A stretch of DNA of 64,000 bases from Clostridiales bacterium (GCA_015055815.1 SVHM01000001.1:169774-233773), one strand, 5' to 3'; shown: positions 1 to 16,609, counted from the first letter of the stretch. Translations and numbers: made by a program. Notes: generated from the sequence alone by a model not told the origin.

Positions 1-306
1 CTTTGCGATATTCACTATTTCATTTACTAAAGCAAAATGCGGAATACTACTAAGTGCCTTCGAAACATACGCAACAATTTTAAGAAGTATAAGTATTTCT
101 TTCTTAGGTAGTTTAGATGTGTATTTCGAAATGAAATACTCAAGAGATATATCTTTTTCGAGTACTCCATATACAATCTTTGTAACAGTTGGCACACTAA
201 TATCACTTGTTGTCTGAATATATTTATTAAGTTCAATACTTACAAAACTTTTTTCTAAGTAGATTTTTTTCAAAATCTCAAAAGAAACTTTTAATTCTTT
301 ATTCAC
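1..306 (-). CDS. rsmB: 16S rRNA m5C967 methyltransferase RsmB/Sun, N-terminal NusB-like domain only (CDS runs off the left edge)
   Basis: My own translation from GTG 306..304 stays open to position 1: VNKELKVSFEILKKIYLEKSFVSIELNKYIQTTSDISVPTVTKIVYGVLEKDISLEYFISKYTSKLPKKEILILLKIVAYVSKALSSIPHFALVNEIVNIAK. The VYGxL ... IPxxAxVNExVxxAK pattern is typical of the RsmB N-domain. GTGA start/stop overlap with fmt. fmt-rsmB synteny is standard. Track ORF 27..236 is a different frame. Confidence 0.7.
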   Translation of the reverse strand, partial: MNKELKVSFEILKKIYLEKSFVSIELNKYIQTTSDISVPTVTKIVYGVLEKDISLEYFISKYTSKLPKKEILILLKIVAYVSKALSSIPHFALVNEIVNIAK

Positions 307-1241
307 TCTGCAATACTTCCAATATTTATTTGTTTACCATTTAAATAACTTTTTGCCGACATTTTCTTTGAATTTATAGGCAATAACTCTGTAATTTCAA
401 CAAAGCCATCACTACATTTCAAAACTAAACCTTGCTTGTTGCTAGCAACAACAACTTCACCGTTTTTAAAGTCGTCTACTTTTAAATTGCATGTATATTC
501 TCTTGCATTGTACAATTTAAAATAAACACCATCAATTGTGATATGGGCATTTGGCCACATAGCAAGACCTTTGATTTTACCGATAATTTCATTCTTGGTA
601 GTAGAAAAGTCCAAATCTCCCATTTCAGCCTTTAACATTTTACAATGAGTTGCATCATTATGATTTTGTTCGATATACTCTGCCTTGCCACTTTCAATCA
701 AATCAAGTGTAGGCACTATTACTTTAGCACTTAAATTTGACAACTTTTCAAATAATGTAATGGCATTATCATCTTCACATATTTCAATCTCTTCTTTGTA
801 AATTACAGGACCATCATCCATTCCAACACCACTTTTAAGTACTGTGACACCGGTAACTTTATCGTTATTAAGAAGTGCGAACTGAACGGGACTTGCCCCC
901 CTATACTTAGGAAGCAAACTTCCATGTAAATTAATAACACCATATTTTTTTGCAAATAATACATTCTCACCAAGAATTTGTCCATATGAACAAGTAACAT
1001 AAATATCTGCATCAATATTAAGAAGTTCCGAAATATCATCCTTTCTAATTTTTTCATATTGAAAAACTTGTATATTATTATCTATTGCTAATTTTTTAAC
1101 AGCTGTTGGAACAATTTTATTACTTCTACCAATTGCCTTGTCTGGTTGAGAAACAACAGCCACCACTTCGTGTCTACTACTTAAAATTGCTTGTAATGGT
1201 TTTACTGCATATTCACCTGTACCAAAATACACTACTTTCAT
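303..1241 (-). CDS. fmt: methionyl-tRNA formyltransferase
   Basis: 312 aa. Formyltransferase core INLHGSLLPKYRGASPVQ. Immediately downstream of def. Confidence 0.95.
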   Translation of the reverse strand: MKVVYFGTGEYAVKPLQAILSSRHEVVAVVSQPDKAIGRSNKIVPTAVKKLAIDNNIQVFQYEKIRKDDISELLNIDADIYVTCSYGQILGENVLFAKKYGVINLHGSLLPKYRGASPVQFALLNNDKVTGVTVLKSGVGMDDGPVIYKEEIEICEDDNAITLFEKLSNLSAKVIVPTLDLIESGKAEYIEQNHNDATHCKMLKAEMGDLDFSTTKNEIIGKIKGLAMWPNAHITIDGVYFKLYNAREYTCNLKVDDFKNGEVVVASNKQGLVLKCSDGFVEITELLPINSKKMSAKSYLNGKQINIGSIAE

Positions 1242-1244
1242 TGT

Positions 1245-1697
1245 CTATTTCCTTTTTACCTTTTCCATCTTATCAATAAATAAAACACCTTCCAAATGGT
1301 CAATTTCATGACAGAACGCCTTTGCAAGAAGATTTTCGCCAGTAATTACAAATTCATTTCCATATCTATCAAAAGCTTTTACTGTTACTTCTTGCGGTCT
1401 TTTTACATAACCTATTTGACCTTTACAAGATAGACATCCTTCTTTCTCACAAAGTTCACCAGAAGAACTAATAATAATAGGATTGATAAGTTCTATGTAC
1501 ATATGATTAACATCAATAACTATTGCTCTTTTAAGTATACCGACTTGAACAGCAGCAAGTCCGCATCCATCATTTTTTATCATTGTTTCTTTCATATCAT
1601 CAAGAAGTATCCAAAGTTTCTCATCAAATTCTTTTACTTCTTTACTCTTTTTTCTTAATATTTCATCTCCAACTTGAACAACATTTCTAATTGCCAT
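1245..1697 (-). CDS. def: peptide deformylase (canonical copy)
   Basis: All three PDF motifs are present: GCGLAAVQVG, EGCLSC, HEIDHLEG. def-fmt pairing. Confidence 0.95.
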   Translation of the reverse strand: MAIRNVVQVGDEILRKKSKEVKEFDEKLWILLDDMKETMIKNDGCGLAAVQVGILKRAIVIDVNHMYIELINPIIISSSGELCEKEGCLSCKGQIGYVKRPQEVTVKAFDRYGNEFVITGENLLAKAFCHEIDHLEGVLFIDKMEKVKRK

Positions 1698-1706
1698 AAT
1701 AATCTC

Positions 1707-3908
1707 CTAACTTAGCGATTGTGGGTTGTTTTCAACAAACACACTCAATTTGCTATTTCTAATTTCATCTAATAATTTGTATATTTTATCAAGCACTTCT
1801 GTTGCAATATTATTTGCAAATCGAAGTACAACTTGATATCTATGTTTATTTTTAATTTTGTTTACAGGCGACTTCATCGCTTCTAAAAAATAAAAATCTT
1901 TCCCGTAATCAACTCTAAATTCTTTCAGTTTCATAATAAGTTTATGTGTAGCATCTTTTACAAGATTATCGTCAATTGAAGTAAGTAAAATTCTAATAAG
2001 TCTTGCAAAAGGCGGAAACTTAGTTACTTCCCTTAAATTTATTTCTTTCTCATAAAACTTATAATAATCGTAATTAGCACAAGTAAGATAAACCTGATTG
2101 CTTGGTACAAATGTTTGAAGTACAACACTTCCACTATCTTCGCTTCTACCCGCTCTGCCCGAAACCTGCGTCATAAGTTGAAAAGTTGTTTCACTTGCCT
2201 TATAACTATAATTAAATAGCGATATATCAGCATCAACAATCCCAACAAATGTAACCGCTGGAAAATCGTGACCCTTAGTTACCATTTGTGTTCCAACGAG
2301 TATTGACGACTTAGTTCTTCCAAACTCACCCAAAATTCTACTATATGCATCTTTTGATGTAACACTGTCATTATCTAACCTAAATATATTTGCACTTGGG
2401 AAATGCTCATGTAAAAGTTCAACTATTTGTTGTGTTCCTGTTGCACCCAACTTAATGCTTCCACTTCCACATTCTGGACATTTCGTCAAAGCCTTGAACT
2501 TTTTACCACAATAATGGCATTTCAAAACACCATCATTTTTGTGATAAACAAGACTAGCATCACACTCTGTACACTTAGGAATATATGAGCATTCTCTACA
2601 CATAAGATACGAACTAAAACCACGCCTATTTATAAAGAGTATCGCTTGCTTACCACTTTTTATTACATCATCTAACTTTTCAAGCATTATTGATGATAGT
2701 GGTGTTGTATTACCAAGTTTAAACTCGTTACACATATTAACAATTTCTATAGGCGGTAATGGTCTCTTATTTACTCTTATTGGCATTTCAACAAGATTAT
2801 AATCACCAGTTTTTGCTTTATAAAAGGTCTCAATTGATGGTGTAGCACTACCCAAAACTAATGGACAGTTATTAAATCCACCTCTAAACAAAGCAATATC
2901 ATGAGTTTGATACCTAGGGCTATTATCACTAAGATATGACCCATCATGCTCTTCATCTATAATAATAATACCAATATTATCAAGTGGCGCAAATATAGCC
3001 GATCTAGCACCAACTACAATTTTAGCATCACCATTGTAAATTCTAAACCACTCATCTCTTTTCTCACCCATACTAAGAGCACTATGAAGTACTGCAACAT
3101 TTTCACCAAATCTACCAGTAAATACCTTTACCATTTGCGGTGTTAATGATATTTCTGGCACGAGCATAAGCGCAGTTTTGCCGTCTCCTATAATTTTATC
3201 AATAACATTCATATAAACTTCAGTTTTACCACTACCAGTAACGCCAAATAGTACAGTTGGCTTATCTTTACAATTTAAAATATTTTCAACTGCCTTTTGT
3301 TGTAAATCGGTAAGTTTGACAACCTTATTATTTCCCTTTACCAGTTCAAGTCTATTAACTTTTTTTGCTTCTTCTAGCAATACTTTACATTCTAGCATTT
3401 TGTTAATAGTTGCATTTGTAAATTTTTTTGACAAAGTTGTGTAGTTTTCTTTACCTTTAGTATTTAGGTACTCAATTACAAGAGGAGCATTTTTTTGCCT
3501 TTTATTTAAAGACGCAATAAAATCATTTACTTTTTCTTCATTTAAATAAATAACTCTTTCAACCTTATCACCAACTCCACCCCTAACTTGAGATGGAACT
3601 GCAAGTCTTATACCATCTAGAAGTCTAAGGTAAAGTTTTTCTTTCATATAGAACATAAGGTTTATTAGTTCTTTCTTAATAAGCGGAAAGTCATCACATA
3701 AAGAAATGATACTTTTTAGTTTATTAGGTGGACAATTAGTACTTTCCTTGATATTTACAACATACCCTTCAATTTTCCTATTACCAAAAGGAACAAGTAC
3801 CCTAAAGCCTACTGTTATGTTTGAAAAAGAAGAAGGTATATTATAATCAAATACCTTATCAACTTCACTTGATAATACATCTACAATAACTTCAGCTATC
3901 AAAAGCAT
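1707..3908 (-). CDS. priA: primosomal replication restart helicase PriA
   Basis: Walker A GVTGSGKTEVY, DEEH box IIIDEEHD, Cys-rich zinc region CRECSYIPKCTECDASLVYH...CHYCG...CPECGS. The track ORF begins at TTG 3938. ATG 3908 (MLLIAEVIVDV) or TTG 3902 follows an AGGGGG Shine-Dalgarno, so the exact start is ambiguous. Confidence 0.92.
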   Translation of the reverse strand: MLLIAEVIVDVLSSEVDKVFDYNIPSSFSNITVGFRVLVPFGNRKIEGYVVNIKESTNCPPNKLKSIISLCDDFPLIKKELINLMFYMKEKLYLRLLDGIRLAVPSQVRGGVGDKVERVIYLNEEKVNDFIASLNKRQKNAPLVIEYLNTKGKENYTTLSKKFTNATINKMLECKVLLEEAKKVNRLELVKGNNKVVKLTDLQQKAVENILNCKDKPTVLFGVTGSGKTEVYMNVIDKIIGDGKTALMLVPEISLTPQMVKVFTGRFGENVAVLHSALSMGEKRDEWFRIYNGDAKIVVGARSAIFAPLDNIGIIIIDEEHDGSYLSDNSPRYQTHDIALFRGGFNNCPLVLGSATPSIETFYKAKTGDYNLVEMPIRVNKRPLPPIEIVNMCNEFKLGNTTPLSSIMLEKLDDVIKSGKQAILFINRRGFSSYLMCRECSYIPKCTECDASLVYHKNDGVLKCHYCGKKFKALTKCPECGSGSIKLGATGTQQIVELLHEHFPSANIFRLDNDSVTSKDAYSRILGEFGRTKSSILVGTQMVTKGHDFPAVTFVGIVDADISLFNYSYKASETTFQLMTQVSGRAGRSEDSGSVVLQTFVPSNQVYLTCANYDYYKFYEKEINLREVTKFPPFARLIRILLTSIDDNLVKDATHKLIMKLKEFRVDYGKDFYFLEAMKSPVNKIKNKHRYQVVLRFANNIATEVLDKIYKLLDEIRNSKLSVFVENNPQSLS

Positions 3909-3979
3909 CCCCCTAATTTTAAAAAAGTCCCATTGCAAAAAAATTAAGCAATAGAACTTGGTTAGTATTTATCTGATAA

Positions 3980-4171
3980 TTACTTTTCGTCAATTACAAT
4001 GTGACCTTCGTGAACTTCAGATACAGCACGTGTTACTTCTGGAATTGCTTCCTTTTCTTCTTCGCTTAATTCTTCACTCAAGTCTTTGGCTCTTTTACCT
4101 ACTATTACAGCAAGTTTAAAAGGATTACCCACTTTCTCTACAAGTTCATCAATAGGTGGCTCTAATAACAT
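3980..4171 (-). CDS. rpoZ: DNA-directed RNA polymerase subunit omega
   Basis: 63 aa. LLEPPIDELVEKVGNPFKLAVIVGKRAKDL is the typical RpoZ N-terminus. Position upstream of priA. Confidence 0.85.
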   Translation of the reverse strand: MLLEPPIDELVEKVGNPFKLAVIVGKRAKDLSEELSEEEKEAIPEVTRAVSEVHEGHIVIDEK

Positions 4172-4261
4172 AAATTCACTCCTATATATTTAATTACATT
4201 ATATATTTTAATATATAATTATTTTTTTTTCAACCCTTTTTTATAATTTATTTGATATTAT

Positions 4262-8531
<4,270 letters not shown>

Positions 8532-8591
8532 TCTTCTCCATTATATGTCATTATAGAAATATTTTAACATACAAAAGACTTTTATCAAAGC

Positions 8592-8621
8592 AAAAAAAAG
8601 ATAAGTTATTAAAACTTATCT
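8592..8621 (-). terminator. rho-independent terminator after the 120-aa ORF
   Basis: Minus strand reads AGATAAGTT-ttaat-AACTTATCT followed by TTTTTTTT. The stem overlaps the stop codon. Confidence 0.7.
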
Positions 8622-8983
8622 TATCCACATAAAAGTTCATTTTTAACTTTATTATATTTTTCACTTAAATTGAGAATATAAAATTCTTTTTCAAACTCAT
8701 TTAAAGTACTAAAGTAACTATTATCACAAAGAACACCTAAAGGATTATAACAATCAGTATCCAATAGTTCCCTTACCCTACTTACAAATTCTTCATCTTC
8801 TTTATTTTGAATAGTTACATAATTGGTTTCCGCTTTAAGTCTTTTAAGAGCTTTCGCATTCTGGATAAAGTAACTACTAGCAGTGTTTTTCTTAATGCTT
8901 TTTTCTTGTTCATAATTTTTATTTATAAGCCTTTGCTTTGCAAGATTTGCCAAAAATTTAAGTTCATTTTTCTTCATTTCCAT
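8621..8983 (-). CDS. hypothetical protein (120 aa, charged/helical)
   Basis: Intact ORF between rpsU and pcrA, with its own terminator. No motif recognised. Confidence 0.5.
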   Translation of the reverse strand: MEMKKNELKFLANLAKQRLINKNYEQEKSIKKNTASSYFIQNAKALKRLKAETNYVTIQNKEDEEFVSRVRELLDTDCYNPLGVLCDNSYFSTLNEFEKEFYILNLSEKYNKVKNELLCG

Positions 8984-9093
8984 TTTTCCTTTTTATTTTT
9001 GATAATTAAATTATATCAATTAATTCAATTCTTGCATATCAAATGAACTTTCTAATTTTAGGGCTATTTGTCGAATAAAATAACAAATTAATA

Positions 9094-9120
9094 CAAAAAA
9101 AGAGTATCATTTAGATACCC
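9094..9120 (-). terminator. rho-independent terminator after rpsU
   Basis: Minus strand reads GGGTATC-taaat-GATACTC followed by TTTTTTT. Confidence 0.65.
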
Positions 9121-9126
9121 TTATAA

Positions 9127-9318
9127 TTATGCTCTTTTCTTATTTCTTTTAATAGCAGCCTTTTGTTTCTTTTTCTTCTTTACGCTAGGCTTTTCATATT
9201 GTTCATGTTTTCTAAGGTCGCCAATAATGCCGTCTTTTTGGCATTTTCTTTTAAATCTTTTGATAGCGCTTTCAACATTTTCAGTTTCGCCAACTCTAAC
9301 TGTAGACAATTTTTTCAC
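9127..9318 (-). CDS. rpsU: 30S ribosomal protein S21
   Basis: 63 aa. VRVGETENVESAIKRFKRKCQKDGIIGDLRKHEQYEKPS plus a basic tail is the S21 signature. Confidence 0.93.
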   Translation of the reverse strand: MKKLSTVRVGETENVESAIKRFKRKCQKDGIIGDLRKHEQYEKPSVKKKKKQKAAIKRNKKRA

Positions 9319-9405
9319 CCACTTTTGTTTTTATTTCAATATTATTATATTTAAAAAAGACCTTTTGTCAAGTATTTTTCTAATTATTTTTATATTATAC
9401 TAATT

Positions 9406-9807
9406 CTATTTTGTCAATTTTAATTTTTCACATACTTTTTCAAAGTCATATGGTGTTTCTTCAAGTTGTGGCCACCAATCCATACCATCATCTTCTTTTC
9501 TAGGAATTATATGATAATGCAAATGATATACCGATTGTCCCGCTGACACGCCACTAGCATTCAAAATATTAACTCCAGTATATCCACAATTATCCACATA
9601 ATGATTAGCTACTTTTTTAACTGTCGACATAACTTTCATAAATGTTTCGTTATCTATATCAAGAGTACTTTCAAAATGTTTCTTAGGTATAACCAATGTA
9701 TGACCAACAGCATCTTTGGCAATTGATAAAAATACATAAGTATCTTCATCTTCATAAATTTTATAACTAGGACATTTACCCTCAACTATATCACAAAAAA
9801 TACACAT
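9406..9807 (-). CDS. HIT (histidine triad) family nucleotide hydrolase
   Basis: 133 aa. Histidine triad HLHYHIIPR. N-terminal CIFC zinc-type motif. Confidence 0.88.
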   Translation of the reverse strand: MCIFCDIVEGKCPSYKIYEDEDTYVFLSIAKDAVGHTLVIPKKHFESTLDIDNETFMKVMSTVKKVANHYVDNCGYTGVNILNASGVSAGQSVYHLHYHIIPRKEDDGMDWWPQLEETPYDFEKVCEKLKLTK

Positions 9808-9818
9808 AAATTTTCTCC

Positions 9819-11063
9819 TTAAATAATTTCTACAATCATTCCGTCTTTATATATTTCTTTAAACTTTATATTATATATTTTACCACACTCAACATTATTT
9901 TCCAAATAACATCTAATATATTCAGGTGAAAAACCTTCAAATAATTCTTTCTTTTCTTCAACCAACATAGTAGAAGTTTTTCCAATAAATTTAGAAAGAT
10001 AATTATTATGTAGTTTATTTACAACATTTTCTAATATATCTACTCTTTCTTTTTTAACACTCATAGGTAAATCGGGAAGTTTAAAAGCATTAGTACCTTC
10101 CCTTTTTGAGTATGGGAATATATGAACAAAAGAAAATTCAACCTTTTTGATAAATTCCTTTGTATTTTCAAATTGCTCATTACTTTCCATAGCAAACCCA
10201 ACTATCACATCAGTTGTAATATTTGCATCTGGAAAATACTTTCTAATAAGACAAACCTTATCATAATACTCTTGTGACGTATAATGCCTATTCATTTTCT
10301 TTAAAATCTCATCATCACCACTCTGAAGTGACAAATGAAAATGTGGAGCAAAATTAGGCATTTTCTTAAGCACTTCCATAAGTTTTTGAGTAACAACCCC
10401 AACTTCCAAAGAGCCAAGCCTAATAAGAGCTGGAATATGAGATAATCTCTCCATCAGCACGTCAAGTGACCTAACACCATCTATTTCATAACTACTAATA
10501 TCAATGCCAGTTAAAACAATTTCATGCGACCTATTGGCAATTATTTCGCATTCAGAAATAATCTCATCAATATTTCTACTTCTTGACCTGCCCCTTAAAT
10601 ATGGTATAAGACAATAATTACAGAAATTATTACAACCATCTTGAATTTTTACATATTCCCTAGTAGTCGTCTTTTTAGGACACTTAACACTATTATACAC
10701 TTTTGGGATTTCAATTTTCCCTTTTACACAGTTATTTATGTACTCTAAAATATTTTCTTTATTCTCAGTTCCAAAAATAGAATAAACATTCTTTTTGTCA
10801 ACAAATTGATTTATATTATTTTCACTAGCACAACCACAAATAATTATCTTGCAGTTTTCGTTTAGTTTATTAAATTTAGCAATATATTGCCTACTTTTTT
10901 TCTCTGCTTCAGACGTCACCGCACAAGTATTTAGAATATAAATATCTGCCACTCCTAATTCTTCAGACACAGTATAACCATTTTCTTCTAAAACCCTTGC
11001 CATACAATCACTTTCGTATTTATTTTGTTTACAACCAAGAGTAATAATTACCACTTTATTCAT
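9819..11063 (-). CDS. mtaB: tRNA t6A37 methylthiotransferase MtaB (YqeV-type radical SAM MTTase)
   Basis: N-terminal MTTase domain TLGCKQNKYES, radical SAM CNNFCNYCLIP, C-terminal TRAM-like region. Sits after rsmE as in the Bacillus yqeU-yqeV pair. Start moved to ATG 11063 (GGGAGAGTGG Shine-Dalgarno), an 8-nt overlap with rsmE. Confidence 0.85.
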   Translation of the reverse strand: MNKVVIITLGCKQNKYESDCMARVLEENGYTVSEELGVADIYILNTCAVTSEAEKKSRQYIAKFNKLNENCKIIICGCASENNINQFVDKKNVYSIFGTENKENILEYINNCVKGKIEIPKVYNSVKCPKKTTTREYVKIQDGCNNFCNYCLIPYLRGRSRSRNIDEIISECEIIANRSHEIVLTGIDISSYEIDGVRSLDVLMERLSHIPALIRLGSLEVGVVTQKLMEVLKKMPNFAPHFHLSLQSGDDEILKKMNRHYTSQEYYDKVCLIRKYFPDANITTDVIVGFAMESNEQFENTKEFIKKVEFSFVHIFPYSKREGTNAFKLPDLPMSVKKERVDILENVVNKLHNNYLSKFIGKTSTMLVEEKKELFEGFSPEYIRCYLENNVECGKIYNIKFKEIYKDGMIVEII

Positions 11064-11787
11064 AATTCCACTCTCCCATTGTAAACATAACAACTGAAGT
11101 AAGTGCTATAGTCGCCGTTTCTGCACGTAAAATTCTTTTACCTAAAGTTACCGATTTAGCACCAATACCCTTCAAAGATGAAATTTCACTTTCACTAAAT
11201 CCACCTTCACTACCAACAACAATAGCAACTTTTTTATCTTTTAAAAAACTGTTAGACAATTCAAGTCTTTCTTTTTTCTCGCATTCATTTGCAAAAATTA
11301 TAATGTCATATTCAGTGAGTTTATTTAGCATTTCTTTAAAAGATAGTGTACTATGAACATCCATTGGTATACTTCTTTTGCATTGTTTGATAGATTGATT
11401 AGAAACTTCTTGCATTTTATCAGTTTTGCCAAATTTATTTTTGCTTGTAATAAACTCACTTTCAAATGGATAAAAATCTTTAACCCCTAGTTCTGTCAGT
11501 TTCTGAATAATCAAATTCATATTGTCTGATTTAACAAGTGCTTGAAATACAGCCACATTTGAAGTCGCATTATAAATATTTTCTTGCTTTTCTGTAATCT
11601 TAACGGTTGTATCACCCTTTGACATATTTTCAATCACGGCAAAATAATCATACTTATCACCATTCACAAGTATGATTTCATCACCAATATTAAGTCTCAT
11701 TACATTCTTAATATGATTATGCTCAATGCCATCAATTTTGAATGCAACTCCAACATCTAAATTACCTTTAACAAAAAATCTTTTCAT
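11056..11787 (-). CDS. rsmE: 16S rRNA m3U1498 methyltransferase RsmE
   Basis: 243 aa. MKRFFV... N-terminus, PUA-like domain, C-terminal SPOUT motif VGSEGGFSESE...LGKRILRAETA. Confidence 0.88.
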   Translation of the reverse strand: MKRFFVKGNLDVGVAFKIDGIEHNHIKNVMRLNIGDEIILVNGDKYDYFAVIENMSKGDTTVKITEKQENIYNATSNVAVFQALVKSDNMNLIIQKLTELGVKDFYPFESEFITSKNKFGKTDKMQEVSNQSIKQCKRSIPMDVHSTLSFKEMLNKLTEYDIIIFANECEKKERLELSNSFLKDKKVAIVVGSEGGFSESEISSLKGIGAKSVTLGKRILRAETATIALTSVVMFTMGEWNYE

Positions 11788-11920
11788 AATTTAATGATAG
11801 CATAAGTAATTAAAAATTTCAATTATAAAATAACCAATTGCTATAATTCACAATAAAAAAATCAAAACTATAAATTTTATAATTATTTATATATTAGTAT
11901 ATTTAAACTTTATTTTAATA

Positions 11921-11950
11921 AAAAAATACCCATTTGAAATATATCAAATG
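11921..11950 (-). terminator. weak AT-rich terminator after dnaJ
   Basis: Minus strand reads CATTTGA-tatatt-TCAAATG then GGTATTTTTT. The stem is only 7 bp and AT-rich. Confidence 0.35.
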
Positions 11951-11963
11951 AATATTTATAAAT

Positions 11964-13118
11964 TTATAAATTATTAATATTTTTCTGATAATCTTTAAAC
12001 CTTGTAAAGTTATCAGGTTTAATTGATTTTTTAAGTTCTTCCAATGTTTTCTTATCAGTTTTAGATAAAGTCTTTGGAGTTTCAGCAATAACAGTTACGA
12101 TTAAGTTTCCATATGCTTCTTTATTAAGATTTTTAATACCCTTGCCTTTTAGTTTAAATATTGTATTAGATTGAGTAAGTTCTGGAATGGTTAAAGTGGT
12201 CGTTCCCTTTGGAAGTGGAATTTCAACTTCACCACCAAGAAGAAGAGTATAGAATGGTACATATAATTTTAAAGTCAAATCAAAGCCTTCTCTTACAAGT
12301 ATCTTATGTTCTTTGACTTTAACAATGATATGTAGGTCACCATCTTCACCACCACGTTTTCCACAATTACCTTTGCCACGCATAGTAATTACTTGACCGT
12401 CGTCAATACCGGCTGGAATATTAACTGTAATAGTTGAATTAACTTTCTTATAACCATTACCATTACATTCAGAACATTTTTCTTTAATTTCTTTACCAGT
12501 ACCGTTACAATTTTTACAAATACCTTCTCTAATAACTCTGCCAAACAAAGAGTTTTCGGTATATCTTACTCTACCACTGCCATGACATTCACTACATGTT
12601 GTGTATTCAGTGCCATTTCTAGCACCAGTTCCATGACAATGAGAACAACTTTCAACTCTACTTAGTGTTATATCTTTCTTAACACCAAAAACCGCTTCTT
12701 CAAAAGAAAGAGTAATTTGCACTTGCAAATCTTCTCCCCTAGCACCCGTACTAGCTCTTGCGTTTCTTCCACCGCCAAAGCCACCGAATATATTACCAAA
12801 AATATCTCCTAAATCATCAAAACCACCAAAACCTTCGAAACCACCAAAACCTTCGAAACCACCAAAACCGCCATTTCCAAATCCACCAAAGCCTTGTGGA
12901 CCAGAAGCCGAGCCGAATTGGTCGTAGTTTGATTTCTTTGTTGGGTCTGATAAACATTCATACGCTTCATTTACTTCTTTGAATTTTTCATCAGCACCAG
13001 GCTCTTTGTTGACATCTGGGTGATATTTTTTGGCTAGTTTTCTATATGCCGATTTAATTTCATCAGGGCTGGCATCTTTGCCAACCCCTAGAATATCGTA
13101 ATAATTTTTATCTGCCAT
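11964..13118 (-). CDS. dnaJ: molecular chaperone DnaJ
   Basis: J domain with HPD ([10 protein letters not shown]), G/F region, four CxxCxGxG zinc motifs ([32 protein letters not shown]). Confidence 0.97.
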   Translation of the reverse strand: MADKNYYDILGVGKDASPDEIKSAYRKLAKKYHPDVNKEPGADEKFKEVNEAYECLSDPTKKSNYDQFGSASGPQGFGGFGNGGFGGFEGFGGFEGFGGFDDLGDIFGNIFGGFGGGRNARASTGARGEDLQVQITLSFEEAVFGVKKDITLSRVESCSHCHGTGARNGTEYTTCSECHGSGRVRYTENSLFGRVIREGICKNCNGTGKEIKEKCSECNGNGYKKVNSTITVNIPAGIDDGQVITMRGKGNCGKRGGEDGDLHIIVKVKEHKILVREGFDLTLKLYVPFYTLLLGGEVEIPLPKGTTTLTIPELTQSNTIFKLKGKGIKNLNKEAYGNLIVTVIAETPKTLSKTDKKTLEELKKSIKPDNFTRFKDYQKNINNL

Positions 13119-13132
13119 TTTATAGCCCTTTA

Positions 13133-14962
<1,830 letters not shown>

Positions 14963-14982
14963 TTATCTCCTTCAAATTTTAA

Positions 14983-15456
14983 TTATTTATCTAATTTATT
15001 AATTTTTACAACACTATGTCTTATTACCCTATTTTCTTTTAAGATGAAACCTTCTTGGTATTCTTCCAAAATAACTCCATCTTCTTTATCTTCTTCTGTA
15101 CCTGTAAGCACTGCATTATGAAAGTTAGGGTCAAACATTTCATTTTCTGCTTTTATCTTCGTAACACCAAGTTCACTGAAAGCATTAAGTATTTGATTAA
15201 GCACCAAATCAAGACCTTTTAGTATGCTTTCGTCTGTTATACTTGATTTTGCTTGTTTAAAACTATCTATTGCTGGAAGCAATCTTGATACCGTTTGGCA
15301 AACACCATTGTCATAACTTTGAGATATTACATCAGCATTTCTTTTTTTATAGTTTTCAAATTCTGCTTTAATTCTTTGAGCAAGTTCTAAATACTCAAGT
15401 TCTTTACTCTCGTGTTCAACTTCACAAACTTCTTCATCCAATTCTTCAGTTGTCAT
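14983..15456 (-). CDS. grpE: nucleotide exchange factor GrpE
   Basis: 157 aa. Coiled-coil N-terminus, then FDPNFHNAV...GFILKENRVIRHSVVKI C-domain. Position hrcA-grpE-dnaK. Confidence 0.92.
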   Translation of the reverse strand: MTTEELDEEVCEVEHESKELEYLELAQRIKAEFENYKKRNADVISQSYDNGVCQTVSRLLPAIDSFKQAKSSITDESILKGLDLVLNQILNAFSELGVTKIKAENEMFDPNFHNAVLTGTEEDKEDGVILEEYQEGFILKENRVIRHSVVKINKLDK

Positions 15457-16513
15457 CCATATCTCCCTTACTTAATTTATTTTCGATTTCATTAATTTCA
15501 TCTGTTATATACTTAAGTGCCGATGCAATTCTACAATAATCAAGTCTTTGTGGACCAACAACACCAACAGATGCAATTACACCATTTTTTAAGCTATAAT
15601 TGGCTTTAATAATACTATAATCGGAATATTCATCACTATTATCTTCGCCAATACTATAAACTATATCATTGTTGCTAGTATTATCTATATCTTTAATTAG
15701 TTTAGTGATTTTTTCTTCATTTTCAACAAGTGACAAGAATTTCTTTGCTGAACCAATATCTTTGTATTCAGGATTATCAAGCAAATCTGACACATTTGAA
15801 TGAGTTTTAAATGAATTTTTACTCGAATAAGATTTCAATGTATCGGTAATAAATACGAAAAACTCTTGAAAATATTTAATTTGATTTTTGAATAAGTTAT
15901 TATAATAATCAAAGTTATTTATAATATCGCTAAACTTTTTATTATAAAGATTAGTAGTCAAAAACTTACTAGCATCTTTACAATTTTCTTCTGTGATATT
16001 AGAAGACAAATTAATTGTATTATTCATTATACCCGCATCACTTTGTAGAAGTACAAGTGCTTGACCGGTAATAAGCGGAATAATATTAATACCCTTAATG
16101 GTTAGGTTTTCCCAATTTTGCATTTCAATAAATGTAGGAAGTTTCAAAATATCACTTACATTTTTAGCAAGACCATCAACAACATCTAGAATAAAATCGC
16201 TTCGTTTGACAAATTTATTTTTTATTGCTTCAACAATATTGCTATCAAACTTTCTTGCAGTTAGTAAACTATCTACATAAAACCTATAACCTTTACTAGT
16301 CGGAACTCTTCCACCCGATGTGTGAAGTTGTTTCAAATACCCCATCTCTTCAAGTCCATTTAACTCATTCCTAAGAGTTGCCGAACTAAGAGTTGTAAAT
16401 GCAGTATTCTGAACATTACTACTAGTAATTGGTAAAGCATTATCTATATAATTACTCACAGCATTAAGAAGAATTTCTTTCTTTCTATCGCTTAGTTTAA
16501 AATTATCAGACAC
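15446..16513 (-). CDS. hrcA: heat-inducible transcription repressor HrcA
   Basis: 355 aa. N-terminal winged helix (SSATLRNELNGLEEMGYLKQLHTSGGRVPTSKGYRFYVD). GTG start 5 nt after AAGGAGG. CIRCE lies upstream. 11-nt overlap with grpE. Confidence 0.93.
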   Translation of the reverse strand: MSDNFKLSDRKKEILLNAVSNYIDNALPITSSNVQNTAFTTLSSATLRNELNGLEEMGYLKQLHTSGGRVPTSKGYRFYVDSLLTARKFDSNIVEAIKNKFVKRSDFILDVVDGLAKNVSDILKLPTFIEMQNWENLTIKGINIIPLITGQALVLLQSDAGIMNNTINLSSNITEENCKDASKFLTTNLYNKKFSDIINNFDYYNNLFKNQIKYFQEFFVFITDTLKSYSSKNSFKTHSNVSDLLDNPEYKDIGSAKKFLSLVENEEKITKLIKDIDNTSNNDIVYSIGEDNSDEYSDYSIIKANYSLKNGVIASVGVVGPQRLDYCRIASALKYITDEINEIENKLSKGDMDDN

Positions 16514-16549
16514 ATATACCTCCTTGTTAGCAGTATAATTTTTTAATTG

Positions 16550-16576
16550 TTAGCACTCTTGCTTGGAGATTGCTAA
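16550..16576. promoter_or_regulatory. CIRCE operator (HrcA binding site)
   Basis: TTAGCACTC-N9-GATTGCTAA versus consensus TTAGCACTC-N9-GAGTGCTAA (one mismatch). Sits between the promoter and the hrcA Shine-Dalgarno. Confidence 0.9.
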
Positions 16577-16580
16577 TTAC

Positions 16581-16609
16581 ATTCTAATACAATTATATGC
16601 CAATGTCAA
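16581..16609 (-). promoter_or_regulatory. sigmaA-type promoter of the hrcA-grpE-dnaK-dnaJ operon
   Basis: Minus strand reads TTGACA (16609..16604), 17-nt spacer, TAGAAT (16586..16581), directly followed by CIRCE. Confidence 0.75.

Noticed and set aside
27-236. 69-aa minus-strand track ORF at the left edge
   Set aside because: It is low-complexity and in the wrong frame. A different minus frame, open from 306 to 1, translates to a convincing RsmB N-domain.
12822-12869. Tandem 18-nt repeat ACCACCAAAACCTTCGAA (about 2.7 copies)
   Set aside because: It encodes the GFGGFE repeats of the DnaJ G/F region. It is an in-frame coding repeat, not a CRISPR or regulatory repeat.
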